A DNA stretch of 64,000 bases from Botryllus schlosseri (lineage: Eukaryota): NCBI GenBank assembly GCA_051294905.1, contig CM119371.1:12526001-12590000 (forward strand), written 5' to 3'. The position numbers and the translations under genes were made by a program. Each line of letters opens with the position of its first letter. Within the stretch, counting starts at the first letter, position 1. Below the pieces are notes generated by a model. That model ran no database searches, was not told the DNA's origin, and saw only the letters and a list, made by a program, of their open reading frames with translations. Below, piece after piece: positions 27,102-40,433 of this stretch.

Positions 27102-27946
27102 ATATAATCCAATGTTAAATTCGTGTTCCAATCGACAGCCTCAGATATTATTACCCTTGACCCGTTATACCACGGATTAGAGCGAAGATTTGCTGGTCGT
27201 GTTAGGGACCATTTGAGGGACAAATGAAAATGTCATGCCTTTCTTGGTGGGGACTACCGAAAGTCAACAGAAACCCGGACCGGAGAATGTATATGGCACT
27301 ATTAAGTGCACAACCAGTGGCCCGACATGGATCAAAAATTGTAAATTGCGAAATCCTGAAATTTTTGAAGCTTATGGTTTTATTATTGAAAAAAAGTCAA
27401 CAACTCCGCCCAGATATTGCCATCTGGTAGGCCTATATCTTTCATGCTGAAGCAAATCCGCCGCTTGTGGTCGGAGACGAGCGAATAAAACTATGCAAAA
27501 TAAGTACAGATTCATCTTAGATTCTATAAAGAGAGATCTAGTTGCGTATAGGTGTATAGTTTCACATTGTGTTTCATGGTCCCCCGGTAAATAAACTCCG
27601 CAACCCCCGGCTCCAAATTGAAAAAATGACCATTTTAGCCCGATCCTGAAATTTGATGTGATCGAGCTACCACAGTTTATCAGTAATGATAGAACTGTAG
27701 TATGCTAAGACCTTATCCTCTCCTTTTGAAACGCGGAAGCTGCATTCGTTCTCGGATTTCCCGAGACATCGCGTACCGAAGCGGTTTAGGAACGACTGAA
27801 AAGACGATATAAATCGGGTTACTGACATCTCTTTACATGATTCCAAGACTGCTTATTGGTTATACTCTCAGAAGTTCAGTCCATAAAAGAGCTGACACTG
27901 TCGTGTGCAGCTACAGAAATAAGCAATAGCACAGAAGAACTGTAAT

Positions 27947-30900
27947 ATGGAAATGAGTTATTTGGGGACGTCACTGTTGTTCTGTGTGCTTGCGGGACTG
28001 TCTTTCGAGAACGGATTTTGTGACTGCCGGTAAGCACGCTTATATTGAGAGCATGTAGCCTATATAGAACCAGGGGATGGACTTACATTGGTCTGGAACT
28101 GTTCTCTTCTCGGCGGAAATGTTCTACTTGGTGGTCAGAATTGGTGTCTATTTTGTTGTCGCTTCCTATCCCTTTTACTGTCGCAATATGCGAGTTCAAT
28201 GCACATGTAATCGGTTCGTAGTTAGAAAGATAGAACGTGATTACAATATTCAACGATTGTGTTTGAGCACTATACCGGATACAGTCGTGATTGGATTTAC
28301 CAGATTTCCACTCCGCATGTTATGAAACGAGAGAAATCGCACCAATTCCGGCATGTGGGAGAGGCATAGCTACCATGATCTCGATCAGTTCCCACATATA
28401 GATACTGTCAATATGTCCCGCTCTACTGCATTATGCGGTTGCATATTGTACTAAATCCCCTGAATAATTTGAAAACTGTTATTCTTGGCTTAAACATATT
28501 GATATTGAATTATATGCACAGACGTCTTCCATTCGTTTTGGACGCCGTGGTACATAGACTTAGATACATTTTACATATTTGATTATGTGTTAGTTCAAGA
28601 ATATAACATATTCATATATTTTCAGTCATCCGATAAAATGCGGCAATGGTAAGTATATATTATTATGGCTAAAGCATAAGGCTTACCAGTCCATTTTCAG
28701 TCATCCAGATTATTGCAATGCTAAGTATAGTGGAATCCGCTTAATCCATACACAGAATAACCCAGGGTCCGAGTCACAAGGTTCCGATTCACAAGTCAAT
28801 GTCAACTTTGTAGTTTTGACTCGAGTCGGATCCGAATCATTACAACCATTGGATAACCCGAAACAAACCTTTATTGGGTCAAAATGCTCATGAACGGAAG
28901 AAAAGCAAGAAATGCATGCACGTAAAATAACACTCTTAATTCGGACAATTTCCTTCCGTTTAATTATGAAAAAAAGAAACAGCTCGTCCTTCTTTTATTA
29001 ATATTACTAGTAGTAAAATCGTGATAGTGGCGCGTATTACAGCACAGGTTTTGTGCGCCATTTCCATAATAGTACATACAAGGAATTGCATCACACAAAT
29101 GTCTACAATATCACTCAGTCATAGCGGCATACCAACATCAACATGTCACATTCTATATAAGGAAACTAGCCGACAATATGTCATATGCAACACGAGATTA
29201 ACACAAGCGTACGCTTTTAGTGATACAAATAATGAATATGCATGTATTTCTTATACTATATAAATCGTCATGAAGATATTACGAACTCTGCAATATTATC
29301 GAATATCTTTGGATCTGTTGGAATGCCTTTTAATTCCAACAAATTTATGCGGTTCACTGATGTAGCATGATGTAGCTGTCTTCTTTGATGTTGATGGTTC
29401 CCAGAATGTAGCAGAAAGTGTTCTGCAGACTCATCTGCATTACAGTCCTGATATAGCGGAGTGTCAGAACAACCAATCCCGTGCAAGTGTTGGTTCAATC
29501 TGCAACGACTGCTTCTTAATAGGATCACGTCTTTTCGCCGTGTCCCAATTGTAGCTACATCGTCGGTAATTGATGGTAGTAAATTCTTACATGCTCAGAT
29601 GGTATCAATGGTTTGGTATAGTTGATCCCATGCGCATATACAATGGGGCCTTAAGACGTATATAGTGCAACACGAAAAGGTCTTCCTTTGTTTTAACACA
29701 AGATGAGTGATGATTGTAAAACAATGACGATCCATGCAGTTACAATCTATGATGAGCTAATATATAAGGTCGTGCCAGCTTCATAGTCGCTTTAATTATG
29801 GCCATCTTGCAGTGCAGAATGGCACAAAAATGCTGTTTCAGCCCGTGCCGCACTGTACGGTACTAAACCTTTGTGTGTGTGTTGCAATTGAAATATTGTA
29901 CAATGCAATTTTACCTGTACGTTTTATGTAATCAATGTCAATTAGGCTACTGCTGTGTAGCGCAAATGCAATTCATTTATCCCGCAATAGTCCCATTATT
30001 TTTAATGCGTTGTCCGTCTTGTCGCATGACCACGGAACGAGTTTTCCGCTCAATTCGAACAAAGCCCTTTAGCTTCGCCAAAATTGACCAGAACCAAAGC
30101 ATCCATATTAACCCTAGTCGACTGAATATATATCTTACCTTTACTCGTCTTATACAATGCTAATTAATGATCGCAATAAGACTCACGCGCACTACCATGT
30201 CCCGATAAACCTCGCAATTGTTGACTGTTTGTGATGTTACCGACTTGGAACGACCTATCATTTCATACAATGGGTAGGTCTGCAGCTGAAATGATGACGG
30301 GGTAAATAGCGACAACATAAGATCTTAATTTACACCAAGTTCTTTGTCAACAGTATATTGAATTGTTTCCGTTTTGACAGAAGTATTTGTAATCACAATT
30401 GCTAGTATAACTGAATAATATTTCGCGTGAATATAACACTTGATTAGGAAAAATATTGTTTTAGTACACTGTTGCGAGCAGCACATCACGATTTCGCTAA
30501 CAATTGGTAAAGTGGTAATGCTAAAGAAGTCGTTACATTGGAAAGAATCCGATACCGATGCCGACTACCAAATTTATGAAGAGGAATAACGTCTGATTAT
30601 CATAATTTTCCACAACTTGGCCTAAGATGATACCAATTATTGACATAATTGAAGAGTACTTTCCTGAAATTACGTTACCACGCGAATTTTTTCTGGCGAG
30701 AATTTAGATAAGCCATTTTAGGTTCGCAGCAAGAAGTAATTGTACTATAGAGGTGAACGTGAGCAATTGCACCCAATAGCCAACATCGCTCTGTATTCTG
30801 CCTACAACTGTTAACATTGAATATTTACAATTCAGGAAACTACAAAGCTAAAAAAGTGACTAAGCAGTCGACTGCATACCAGGAAAAAGAGAACGGCGCG

Positions 30901-31044
30901 AATAGCATCAAATCGCAACCCTCTCTCGAAGTCAATGATAGGCCGACTGCGTACTGGCAGATACAGAATGGCGCGAAAATGCTGCAGAATATCCAAGCTG
31001 ACACAATATTACTTCAAAAGATTCTAGACGATATTTACCGTTAG
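27947..31044 (+). CDS. Small secreted C-x5-C peptide precursor, copy P2 (3 exons, 104 aa predicted)
   Basis: Exons 27947-28029 (ATG...TGC CG|gtaagc), 28626-28648 (ttttcag|...AATG|gtaagt), 30836-31044 (ttcag|GA AAC...TAG). Phases 2 and 1 join into one open frame: MEMSYLGTSLLFCVLAGLSFENGFCDCRHPIKCGNGNYKAKKVTKQSTAYQEKENGANSIKSQPSLEVNDRPTAYWQIQNGAKMLQNIQADTILLQKILDDIYR*. Hydrophobic N-terminus; exon 1/2 splice sites and stop conserved in the paralogue at 42007-43941; AATAAA at 31242-31247. Confidence 0.75.
28701..28720 (+). pseudogene. Tandem duplicate of peptide micro-exon 2 with mutated donor
   Basis: ttttcag|T CAT CCA GAT TAT TGC AAT G|ctaagt; same phases as exon 2, would encode C-RHPDY-C; donor is CT instead of GT. 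Confidence 0.65.
29268..29560 (-). mobile_element. Decayed 3' end of a non-LTR retrotransposon
   Basis: LLRSSRCRLNQHLHGIGCSDTPLYQDCNADESAEHFLLH resembles the C-terminal CCHC region of LINE ORF2; lies in intron 2 of P2. Confidence 0.7.
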
Positions 31045-31700
31045 CTGACTCGTTTCCTGAAATGTGGTTTGTATACGGATGATGGGAAATAATTGTGCTC
31101 ATAAATAATATATACATATTTCTCATCTGTTAGGCATTTAAATCGAGGATATTAGATTGCACATTGTACATTATGCTGGATAGACCACCATTTCGTCGAC
31201 TTTTCTGCATAACCGACTCAAAACTGTTCCGATTCAATGGCAATAAATGTTCTGTTTTATCACGATTGTGACTTATTACAAATATTTCTTACGTATGCCA
31301 TGCGACTTTTATTATTGTGTAATGATTAGGGCGATTTTTTGACATGTCAATATAAGTCAAAATTTCGTCAAAATGGTAGCGTTTAGTCAGAATTTATCAA
31401 AATTGTTTACAAAGTCAAACTTTTTTTGACCTCTGCATTTAGTTAGTATCATAGATTTTGCACTGTCGGTTTGTCGGTGTACTTGTAATTTGATATTTTA
31501 CAGCTTGTAGCCTACTTTATAGGATAGGCCTACCGTTGTAGCTGGTTCATTGTCTGCTCATTGTGAATCATAAACGGTCAAATGAAGCAAATAGGTTGAC
31601 ATAGTGTAATGGTACACGTACCGCGATATCCTAACTGAATCACAACTGCTTGGGCATAGCATGATTCTCATATCAAGAAGCGCTTGATGAAAAATTGTAA

Positions 31701-33392
31701 TAGTGGTTCGCAACCGCCGGTCCGCGACGACTTTCCTGCCGGTCCGTCAGGTATATTGCAATGCTATACCTTAAATTCAAGATGCAATGTTGAAGAGTTG
31801 TCCGTTGATAAAATAAATAAACCATCAAATTGTAAACTGATTCAAAACTTCGTGAGGTAACATTAGGGCTGGACACATGTTCGATTTGACTTAAAGTTCA
31901 AGACGTGTCATTTGACAACATGCGAGCGACAAGTACAGTGCAGGTATGAGCTGACTCATCGCTAAACAGCGCAGTTTGCGCGATCATTCGTTTTCAATTC
32001 ATTCCTTTTGTGCAGTACCGTAACCGGGGCACCCCAAACCGCCCAATTTGAGAGGGGCCGAGCTTGAAAGGAGCCCAAAATTATAATGCAAATGAACATA
32101 AATCATACCGTATTTAATTGAAACTTTTCCCAACATTCATCAATTTCTTTTCGCGCTTTGCGCGATTTAGTGTCACTAATTGTCTTGCTTATTAGGTGCC
32201 CTTCCTCGCGAAATACACTTGATTTATAAAAATAGGCATATCGGCGTCAGCCGTTACCACGCCACCACTTACCAACACATAATGAAGTTCAGGCTAACAT
32301 GGGACTCCTAAAGATGTGCCAAAAATTCGGCAGCGAGAAAACCGATTCAGTTATGAATGATGGAGAATTTTCGCTATTGGTGCGAGCTACATAAACTCTC
32401 TGCTTTCACTGAGTAGAATGAGTGTGCTCACAAGTACAGGTAAAAACATCCGCCAAACTGTAGGGTTTGGGTGCGAAGCCCCGGATGTTTGGCTTATCGC
32501 TCTGTGAGGGCTCAACACCAACGTTTTGGAGGAGGGCTGACGAAGTGCTTCTTCGGCACGGATTGGCGAATGGCCGGTATGGTTGCTATAAGGTGTTTTC
32601 TTGCGATACGCATTGTATTCGTAGTTGCCAGAGTAGTCTATGCGTCGGGTGGCAGTGGGCAATAAACAAGGTAGCAAGGCAAGATGCTTGGTTAGACTCC
32701 GAAACGCTTCTTCTCTTGATATTGTCAAAGAGAAGAATATTATTAGAGTTGGCGTGATCGGTTAAACCCACGGTCTTTGGCGCGAAAGACTGTAAACTAC
32801 TCTCAGCGGTAGCACGTTCATCTGAACAAGGTAATTTTTCCTCGACTCAGCAGACTGACTGCCATGAAATCACATGGATGCCACCATTAAGATAATTAAT
32901 TACGATCAAAACCCTTTAAATATCACTCTCTCAGCACCATATCATTGTCAAAAACAGTTGCATACTTTGCATTTTGGCTTCATTTCAATTTTGAAATTTC
33001 ACCGGCCCGCCAAGACATTTTTTGAAATTTTACCGGTCCGCGAGGTGAAAAAGGTTGAGAACCATGTGCGTAGGCTGCGTAATCGAGGCATGTTAATGAA
33101 TAGGTTTGAGAGTACACGAAATGTCGGTTCAGTGTATATAGCCTGCGGTTTTAAGTAGGTTTTATGTTTTGAATTCCAAGCAACTTTTCGAGGGTCGCTC
33201 AGAATAGTTCCGCGGGCCGCACTCTGTTCAGGGTTTCTCCAGGATCATACTTGCAAATAAATGATTGTATACTTCCAATTTAGGGTTTATTTAAAATTTT
33301 GGGTTTATTTCAATTTTTGAAGGTCCACCAGTCCGCCAAATATTTTTTGAAATTTTACCGGTCCGCGAGGTGAAGAAGGTTGAGAAGCACTG
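31701..33392. mobile_element. hAT MITE(s) with CCGGTCCGCG subterminal motif, two right ends
   Basis: tagtggttcgcaaccgccggtccgcg; right ends at ~33066 and 33392 (aggttgagaagcactg); no matching TSD seen. Confidence 0.65.
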
Positions 33393-33495
33393 CTTTAGAC
33401 AACGATTCCCGTAAAGCAATTGATCTCATTATACAAAACCTGGCCAACGGCGCATTACGACACATCAACAAATCTATGCCCTTGACAGTATAGAG

Positions 33496-35203
33496 CAGTG
33501 GTTCCCAACCTTTTTCGGTGTCGAGGCCAAATTTAGAATTTCCGAGTACGGTCGGGGCCGCACGAATATCAGGGCAATGAAACAGACCCAAAATAGTCAT
33601 CAAAATATGAAAATTGGCATTGTTCCGATCCATCGCTCGACAACATTGGCCATTGTTATGGTCAATGTGTCGCTGCGCTCCCATTGTTCAGACAATCGAC
33701 CTTTGGTGGCTTTTCCATAGTAGTTTTATTGCCCTGGCGAGATTTCAACTCGTATTTTTCGAATCAATGCGACAATAGCTTTCGATAAAGACCGGACCTA
33801 TCAAATTATTCGGACGCTTCGATCCTGAGGTATAGAACTATCAAATATGCTGCTTTCAAGGAAGTTTAGGGAGTCAGCCTTTATAGCCTAAACGCGCGAA
33901 GCGTGAAAAATTTCTGTAGTTCTTGATTGAATCGGTCAATATGATCGGGAATTGCGTATATATTGCTATCAATTTGTATCCTCTCTCTGCTCACGTAATC
34001 AGTTTTACAGGTAGAACCGAGGGAGGTGTGTTTGAAAAGGTAGGACCCTCAATAATAATTAAACATATTCGGGCGTATACCCATTGGCAAGAACGAAACA
34101 GCACTTTGTCGGCCCCAGCTCCCCACAAAAAAAACTTGAGTTTCGGGCTCTCATAGGGTGATAAACCTACCCCTATCACCTTGTTCGCTTTTGCCACGAA
34201 ATGAGTTGTATTGTTAAGTGAGGCAGTGCGAAGCGCGAAAATTTTTGAATATTCATGATCAAATCTGTCAATATGATCGGGAATTGCAAATATATTGTCA
34301 TCAATTTCTAGTCCTCGCTGCTCACGTAATCATATTTACCGGTAGAGCTGAATGAGGTTTCTTGGAAACTGTTGGGCTCTGTATTGGTATGGCTCCGTAA
34401 CATGATATTATTTCGTGACCTCCTGTCGGCTATATAAAAAATATAGAATCGCCTAAACGTAGGCTACCAAATTAGAATACGCACACGATTTCAAATTGGT
34501 ATTTCTGCACTGGAATATAATTTTCCCTGCGGGATGATATTTTTCTTGTGAGGTTCAGATTGCCAAGTCGGTATTTTGTATGTATAACGAAGTTTCGGTC
34601 ATCATAAGGGCAGTTCTGTTCGGCCACGGTTTTCTCGCTGCCGATCGTTCTGACACACTTCTTGGAGTCGCATATTACATGGCCTGAAATTTGCTATGTC
34701 TTGGTGCGTCGGGGCGCGGTAATAGCCAACGCCGATATGCCCATTTCGATAAATCTATTTTTTCTTGATGGATGATGAGTACCCAAAAATCAAGATATTT
34801 GGCAGCATGAAATCACGCCTAAAGCGAAAAAATTTTGAAAATGATGGATGAATTTTCAAAAAATACTATATAATTTATGCTACTTCACGAAGTAATCTTG
34901 GGCCCCCTTTGAGCTCGCCCCCCACCATTGGGGGGTTTGGCGTGCCGCAGTTATGGTCCTGTCTCGACCGATATCTATAGCTACTGCTTGTTCAACTGCA
35001 AAGTTTGGGCCCATTGCATTGAAACAGCAATGAAGTAACGTTAGCAGTCTACTCACGACTGTCCTGCAATCCCAAATCCTAATTAAAAACTCCAGACTCC
35101 AAGCCAAGCAAGTGCATTTTATAAAAAAAATTCATACCTCGATTTCTTAATATTTCTGGGGGGCCGCAAGAAGGCTAGCTGGGGTCGCGGTTGGGAATCA
35201 CTG
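33496..35203. mobile_element. hAT (Charlie-like) MITE with nested CAGGACCATAAC module
   Basis: TIR cagtggttcccaacc...ggttgggaatcactg; TSD gtatagag/gcatagag. Confidence 0.88.
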
Positions 35204-35942
35204 GCATAGAGACTGACGCTTCATATTTGCGATCGCTACAACCTTGAATCAGGAAGGGCGACCCGTTTCATTCCACTTGCGCACCCTATCGCTAGGCGAA
35301 AAACGACATTCGGCCGTTGAAAAATAAGCATATGCTTAGGGTTGTTTGATTGATTTTTTTACATAACACATCGATGTATTCTTTGTATCGATTTCGTTGA
35401 TGTGAATATCTGATTGGTTGACTAAGCACAATCACTGACTTCCTGCATGTATTGTGTTTCTATCTAGCTATTGTGTGATTTTGGGCAAAGTCGCTAAATC
35501 TTCGAAAACGGAAAGCTGAATATTCCGAGCAAACTTTCGAATAAATAATTTGTGAAATTGGCAAATTGGCAAGTGCCTGCTCGTTTAGTGCCGGAATTTC
35601 TTTTCGTGCTGTCAGCGTCATGCGGAGAGTATTCCGATGTTGAAATGCAAACTATTTCAACCGGAGATGTTATAATGACATGAAAAATTGTATTACGCAA
35701 AATTACTGGGTCACCGTGCAGAACCGACCAAGGTTCGGTTGTGAACGCAAATCGTCAAATTATAGAGGCTCACACACAGAGCGCAAACGTGAACCTCACG
35801 TTCACACCATCCCTACTACAATGCCTGCTGATTATTCGGGAATATACTGATTTTATTTAAAACGGCTGCTTCATATCAGCAGTGAATGGACTGCTTTGCA
35901 GATGATGGTATATGATTACAACGATGCGATACTGTTGTCGCT

Positions 35943-36737
35943 CAGTGCATGGTATGGTATAGAATGGAATGAGAAATTTCGATACTCTATACCGGACTCA
36001 ATCTTTTTCATACCATACTTACAATCTTCCAGGGCATAGCAACAATCTTCCATAGCATATTTGATACGTTTTCCATACTTTCCCAGTTGCCCAACCTTGT
36101 AGATAACATTCTATTTTTCATGAGTGGGAATTTCCGACAATTATATTACGATTATTTTGGATGAAATCATTTCCATTTAAACAACCCTGATGCACCAATT
36201 CTATCCTTGATTTCTTTGTGTCATATGTGAACGATGTGGATTGGCTAATCATCGAAGACGGAACGTTACAAGTTGCAATTCTTATTGGAGGCCGGCATAG
36301 CGAGATACTGCTGCGTGACAAAGCTACATATTTTGAATTACAATGGTGCCTAGGCAATGTCAAATAGATGTGTGATGATCATCCGAGCAAAGCGCAGAAA
36401 ATTACTTACTTCTAAGTTCACCAAAATAATATTAATATTTATCGGTAATATTATTTTGCTCATATCAGAGTTGCACAACTTTTTTTTATCCTTTATAAAT
36501 GTCGATGGGGTTGGGCGAGTCTGAGTCGCACTTTGATATGTGAGCATGGACTTGTCAGTGAACGATTTTCTTAGGTATGCAATCGATTTGACGAATAGAA
36601 AGATGGATCATTGTCATGGTTCTGGCAGAATTGATAAAGTATGGAATGTATGGAAAGTTATATCCATGCCAGCATAAATGCACTTTTCCATTTTCCATAC
36701 CGAAATTCTGCTCCATTCCACACCATACCATGCCCTG
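35943..36737. mobile_element. hAT MITE with ATGGA/ATGGT subterminal repeats
   Basis: TIR cagtgcatggtatgg...ccataccatgccctg; TSD ttgtcgct/ttgtcgcc. Confidence 0.8.
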
Positions 36738-38068
36738 TTGTCGCCCTCGTATTCTTCTATATATGTGAATATATGAAAAATACTGAAATCTCCCGGATAT
36801 TAATACGCATTTCTGCAATTAGTTAGAACGACCTATTGTAATATTATACTGAACGGTGCTAGTTGCGGAAAAGGGGCTTCCCGCCGACTTAAAAGTGTAA
36901 ATACAATTTTCGCGATAGGTCACAGATGACTATACACAACATGACAGCTGCTGCAAAATCTCCGAATTGTTGTGTGTGTATAGTTACGGATATGTAACAT
37001 TATACTGAATTTTAGCAGTTCATACAGGAAACGCAGCTTCCTGTCGACTTACAATTGTCCATACAATAACAGAGATAGGTTACACGTGACAATTCACACG
37101 CATGACAGATAAACTGCAAAATCTCCGTTGTATTATATAAATCAATGTAAGCAGCAAAGTGGCATGCTATGCCATCAATGTTTTTTTGACAAGCACCGGC
37201 TGATGATAGGCAATCCAAACGTTACGTTTTTATTCTATCTGCTATGTAATAAACATGTTTGTTTCCGATTGTTTCGAAATGAATGTAGGGATAGTAACTT
37301 GAAAGACGCGTTTGTGAGAATTGAGAGGACTTCGGGGCTAGTTTTTTTATAACGCAATAAAAGAAGAATACCCATTGACGGTAGAAAATATCAAATCTGG
37401 ATTGCCACGAATGGGTTCGACAACTCCCCGTGACTACATTCACGCAGGTACATTGTACATTGCAGTAATGTATGTATACGACTACATGTATAATTATTAG
37501 TATTGATGGATATTAGCCAATGACGTCTTGTACCCACTTGTTGAAGTTAGCATCAGTCCGGGATGGCCATTTCTAATTCCCCTAGTCGTCCCTTTTAAAA
37601 GGAGCAATCTTGTAAAGCGCCTTTTGTCTCAGTCCGAATGATATTGAAGTAGTGGCATAACGGCATGTGTACACAGTACACTTCTTTTTACTTAGACAAA
37701 ATATGCATTCTGCTTTTCAATTTCGCTGAATAATCAATTGCTCGTTTATTTCCACGCAGTTCGTTGACTAGCTACGTCCTTCATGTAGTGCAGTGGTTCC
37801 CAAATTTTTCCGACTCATCGCTCTCGTATAAAGCTCGACACACATCCCCCCATATTTACGGGGCAGAAAATGAGGACGTTTTAACGGGACATTTAATAAA
37901 TTTACTCTTATTGCTGGTGATTTCATCAGACATAAGGTCATTTTTCCGAGTCGGTGCTCGAAAAACCGGTTTTCGCGACTATTTCCCGTTGGGTTGACCT
38001 TTTTAGTATACTTTCGCGTCAAATGCAGAAAAAGTCGTCTTTCCGTCCATTTTATTGGACGTGTTAAA

Positions 38069-38672
38069 CAGAGGTGATCAAAGTAGTCATGAAAACTACT
38101 CAAGTAGAAGTAGAAGTAGCGGCGAAAAAAATCTGCTCAAGTACGAGTAGAAGTACTTCTTCCGTAAGCAACCTAACACTACTTGAAGTAGAAGTAGAAT
38201 TGACTGACTTTAAATCTACTCAAGTAAGTAAGTAGTTTTATAAACAGTCTTAATTCGTTCGCATGGACTGTCAAAAGCTGCAAATTGAGCTATGCGGTAG
38301 GTGCAGGGAGCTTGATTCGTATTGATACATCCCAGGAGGTAATAATTTTCGACAGAATGTGCATTCTTTCGCATCATGGGATGCAAATTATAGTATTGAT
38401 ATGAAAATGCGATACTAAACTGTTGTTTACTAGAAAACCCTGTTTTAGAGATTATCATGACATTGCGCCCTACCCCATATTATAAGGTCCCAAGTAGGCG
38501 AAGACAATACGGAGAAGTTTTATCGGATACGGTTTCAACACTTTGCGCGATTAGTTTACGTTAATAACAAATATTGTGGATCGTAAAATTTATATTTAAT
38601 GTAGCTTTATTTTTGGAAAATAGAGGCATTACTGTACGCTTGCTTTTATGCTTCAACATGTATGTTCTGCAG
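38069..38672. mobile_element. Truncated inverted copy of the AAGTAG MITE
   Basis: Reverse complement of ~40880-41476; ends where the BEL fragment begins. Confidence 0.85.
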
Positions 38673-39739
38673 AAGGGTATTGCGAAATTGTATCGTCTGT
38701 CGACATTGGAACACGAAACCACTCCAACAGAAAATGGGCATTCTTCCAAAGGAACGCATTTGCGTTTCTCCGGCATTTTCTGAGGTCGGGTTGGATTTCA
38801 CGGGGCCAATTTATATTAAAGTAGGTGACGACGCAATGCAAAAACCGTATATTTGTTTGTTCACTTGCCCCCACAGTAGAATGATTCATTTGGAATTGAC
38901 CAACGATATGTCCACGGAGGAATTCATCGGTGCTCTGCAACGAATGATAAACAGGCGTGGCTGGTGTCGAGAAATTATATGCGACAACCAACTCACTTTC
39001 AAAAAGGCTTAACGTTTAATTCAGATTTCGACACGCGCGTCCTTCAAAAAGCGGTCAGAAAATGAAGCTCGGCAAAAATTCCTTACCGACAACGGGATAA
39101 CGTGGAAATACATTACCGAACGCGCTCCACACCGTGGTGCCTTCTACGAGAAGATGAACAGATCCATTAAAGAACCTCTCGGAAAGATTCTGGGTAAGGC
39201 AAAATTGAACTTCACTGAACTCTACACCATTTTGACAGATATCGAGTGTGCGATGAACTAGCGGCCGTTGACGTATCTCGGTTCCGATCCGGGGAATCCG
39301 CAAGCAATCACTCGGCTCATTTAGCAATTGGTCGACCACTGCGGCATCTACCTAATTTCCCGGCCAAATCCCGTGTCAACGTCTCGAATCGATTTCGCTA
39401 TCTGCAAACGCTGTTGCGTCATTTCTGGTCGAGATGGTCGAAGGAATATCTCCCGACGATGATCAGAAGAAAGAAGTGGGTTTTCGAAAATTCTGTTCCA
39501 AACGTCGGAGACGTTTGTTTAATTGCGGACGACGGATACGCGCGCTCGAATTGGAAGGTCGGCAGAATCGTGACGGCATTTAAAAGCAAAGATGGCCTCG
39601 TGAGGACGTTCAAATTGAAAACGGCCCGCGGATTTCTTACGAGACCCATTCAAAAACTCCACTTACTGGAGAGAGACTATTCGGTTGACTGTGACCAGTC
39701 AAAGGGGGGTGTATGTTAGCGCGTGCGTACGCGCTAACA
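38672..39739 (+). mobile_element. BEL/Pao LTR retrotransposon remnant (integrase + C-terminal domain, PPT, LTR start)
   Basis: CIVC...QQKMGILPKERI...GLDFTGP...YICLFTC...IHLEL...CDN...W...APHRGAFYE...RPLT...FWSRWSKEYL...DGLVR...RPIQKL, typical of BEL/Pao pol ends; two in-frame stops and one frameshift; purine tract aaagggggg 39701-39709 then TG at 39714. Confidence 0.92.
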
Positions 39740-40433
39740 TATAGGTTTGATATAACTCTTTGACGAAATATGTTTCCAACCCCTGTCATATGCGGATGAA
39801 AAATACATCGTCATGCAGCATTTTTACGGTGGGCGGTCATCATCATCAGAACATTCATTCCGTACCAATGATCTATATCTACGTACTATATAGCTGTTGG
39901 GCTGACTATTTCGAGGATACCGACCATTCCATATCGTATACGTCGGGTGTTATCGGGTGTAAATCTTCCGTAGGCTCATACCACATGTTTTCTCAAAATT
40001 ATTGACACGATTATGGCATAATTATACAACTTGAAGAATACACATTTTTGGAAACCATTCTTTTAAATGCAACCTAAATATATCGTATTTGATGTAAACT
40101 TTGAGTTTTAAGCATAGAGACCAAAATGGTATACAGTGAATTCAATAACGAAAGTGTACTCAATATAGCTGTTGAAGTCAATTTGATATCTGTGGCCAAT
40201 CACAATTGTCAACAAGCTGCTTGAACTCTGGCTGTACATCGGTCGTAGAAACACTTGCTAACGACTGCACGTGAACATCAGTTGGACTGGCACGCAGCTT
40301 TTTCTTGTCATTGTTCATGGTCAAAAATGATTGCTCGTAAATGTATGTCGACCGGAACAGAACAAGCAGTTTCGTGGTCATCGTTCTCAGGTTGACAAAC
40401 TTGAAAACACGCAGTGACGCATGAACGCACAAC

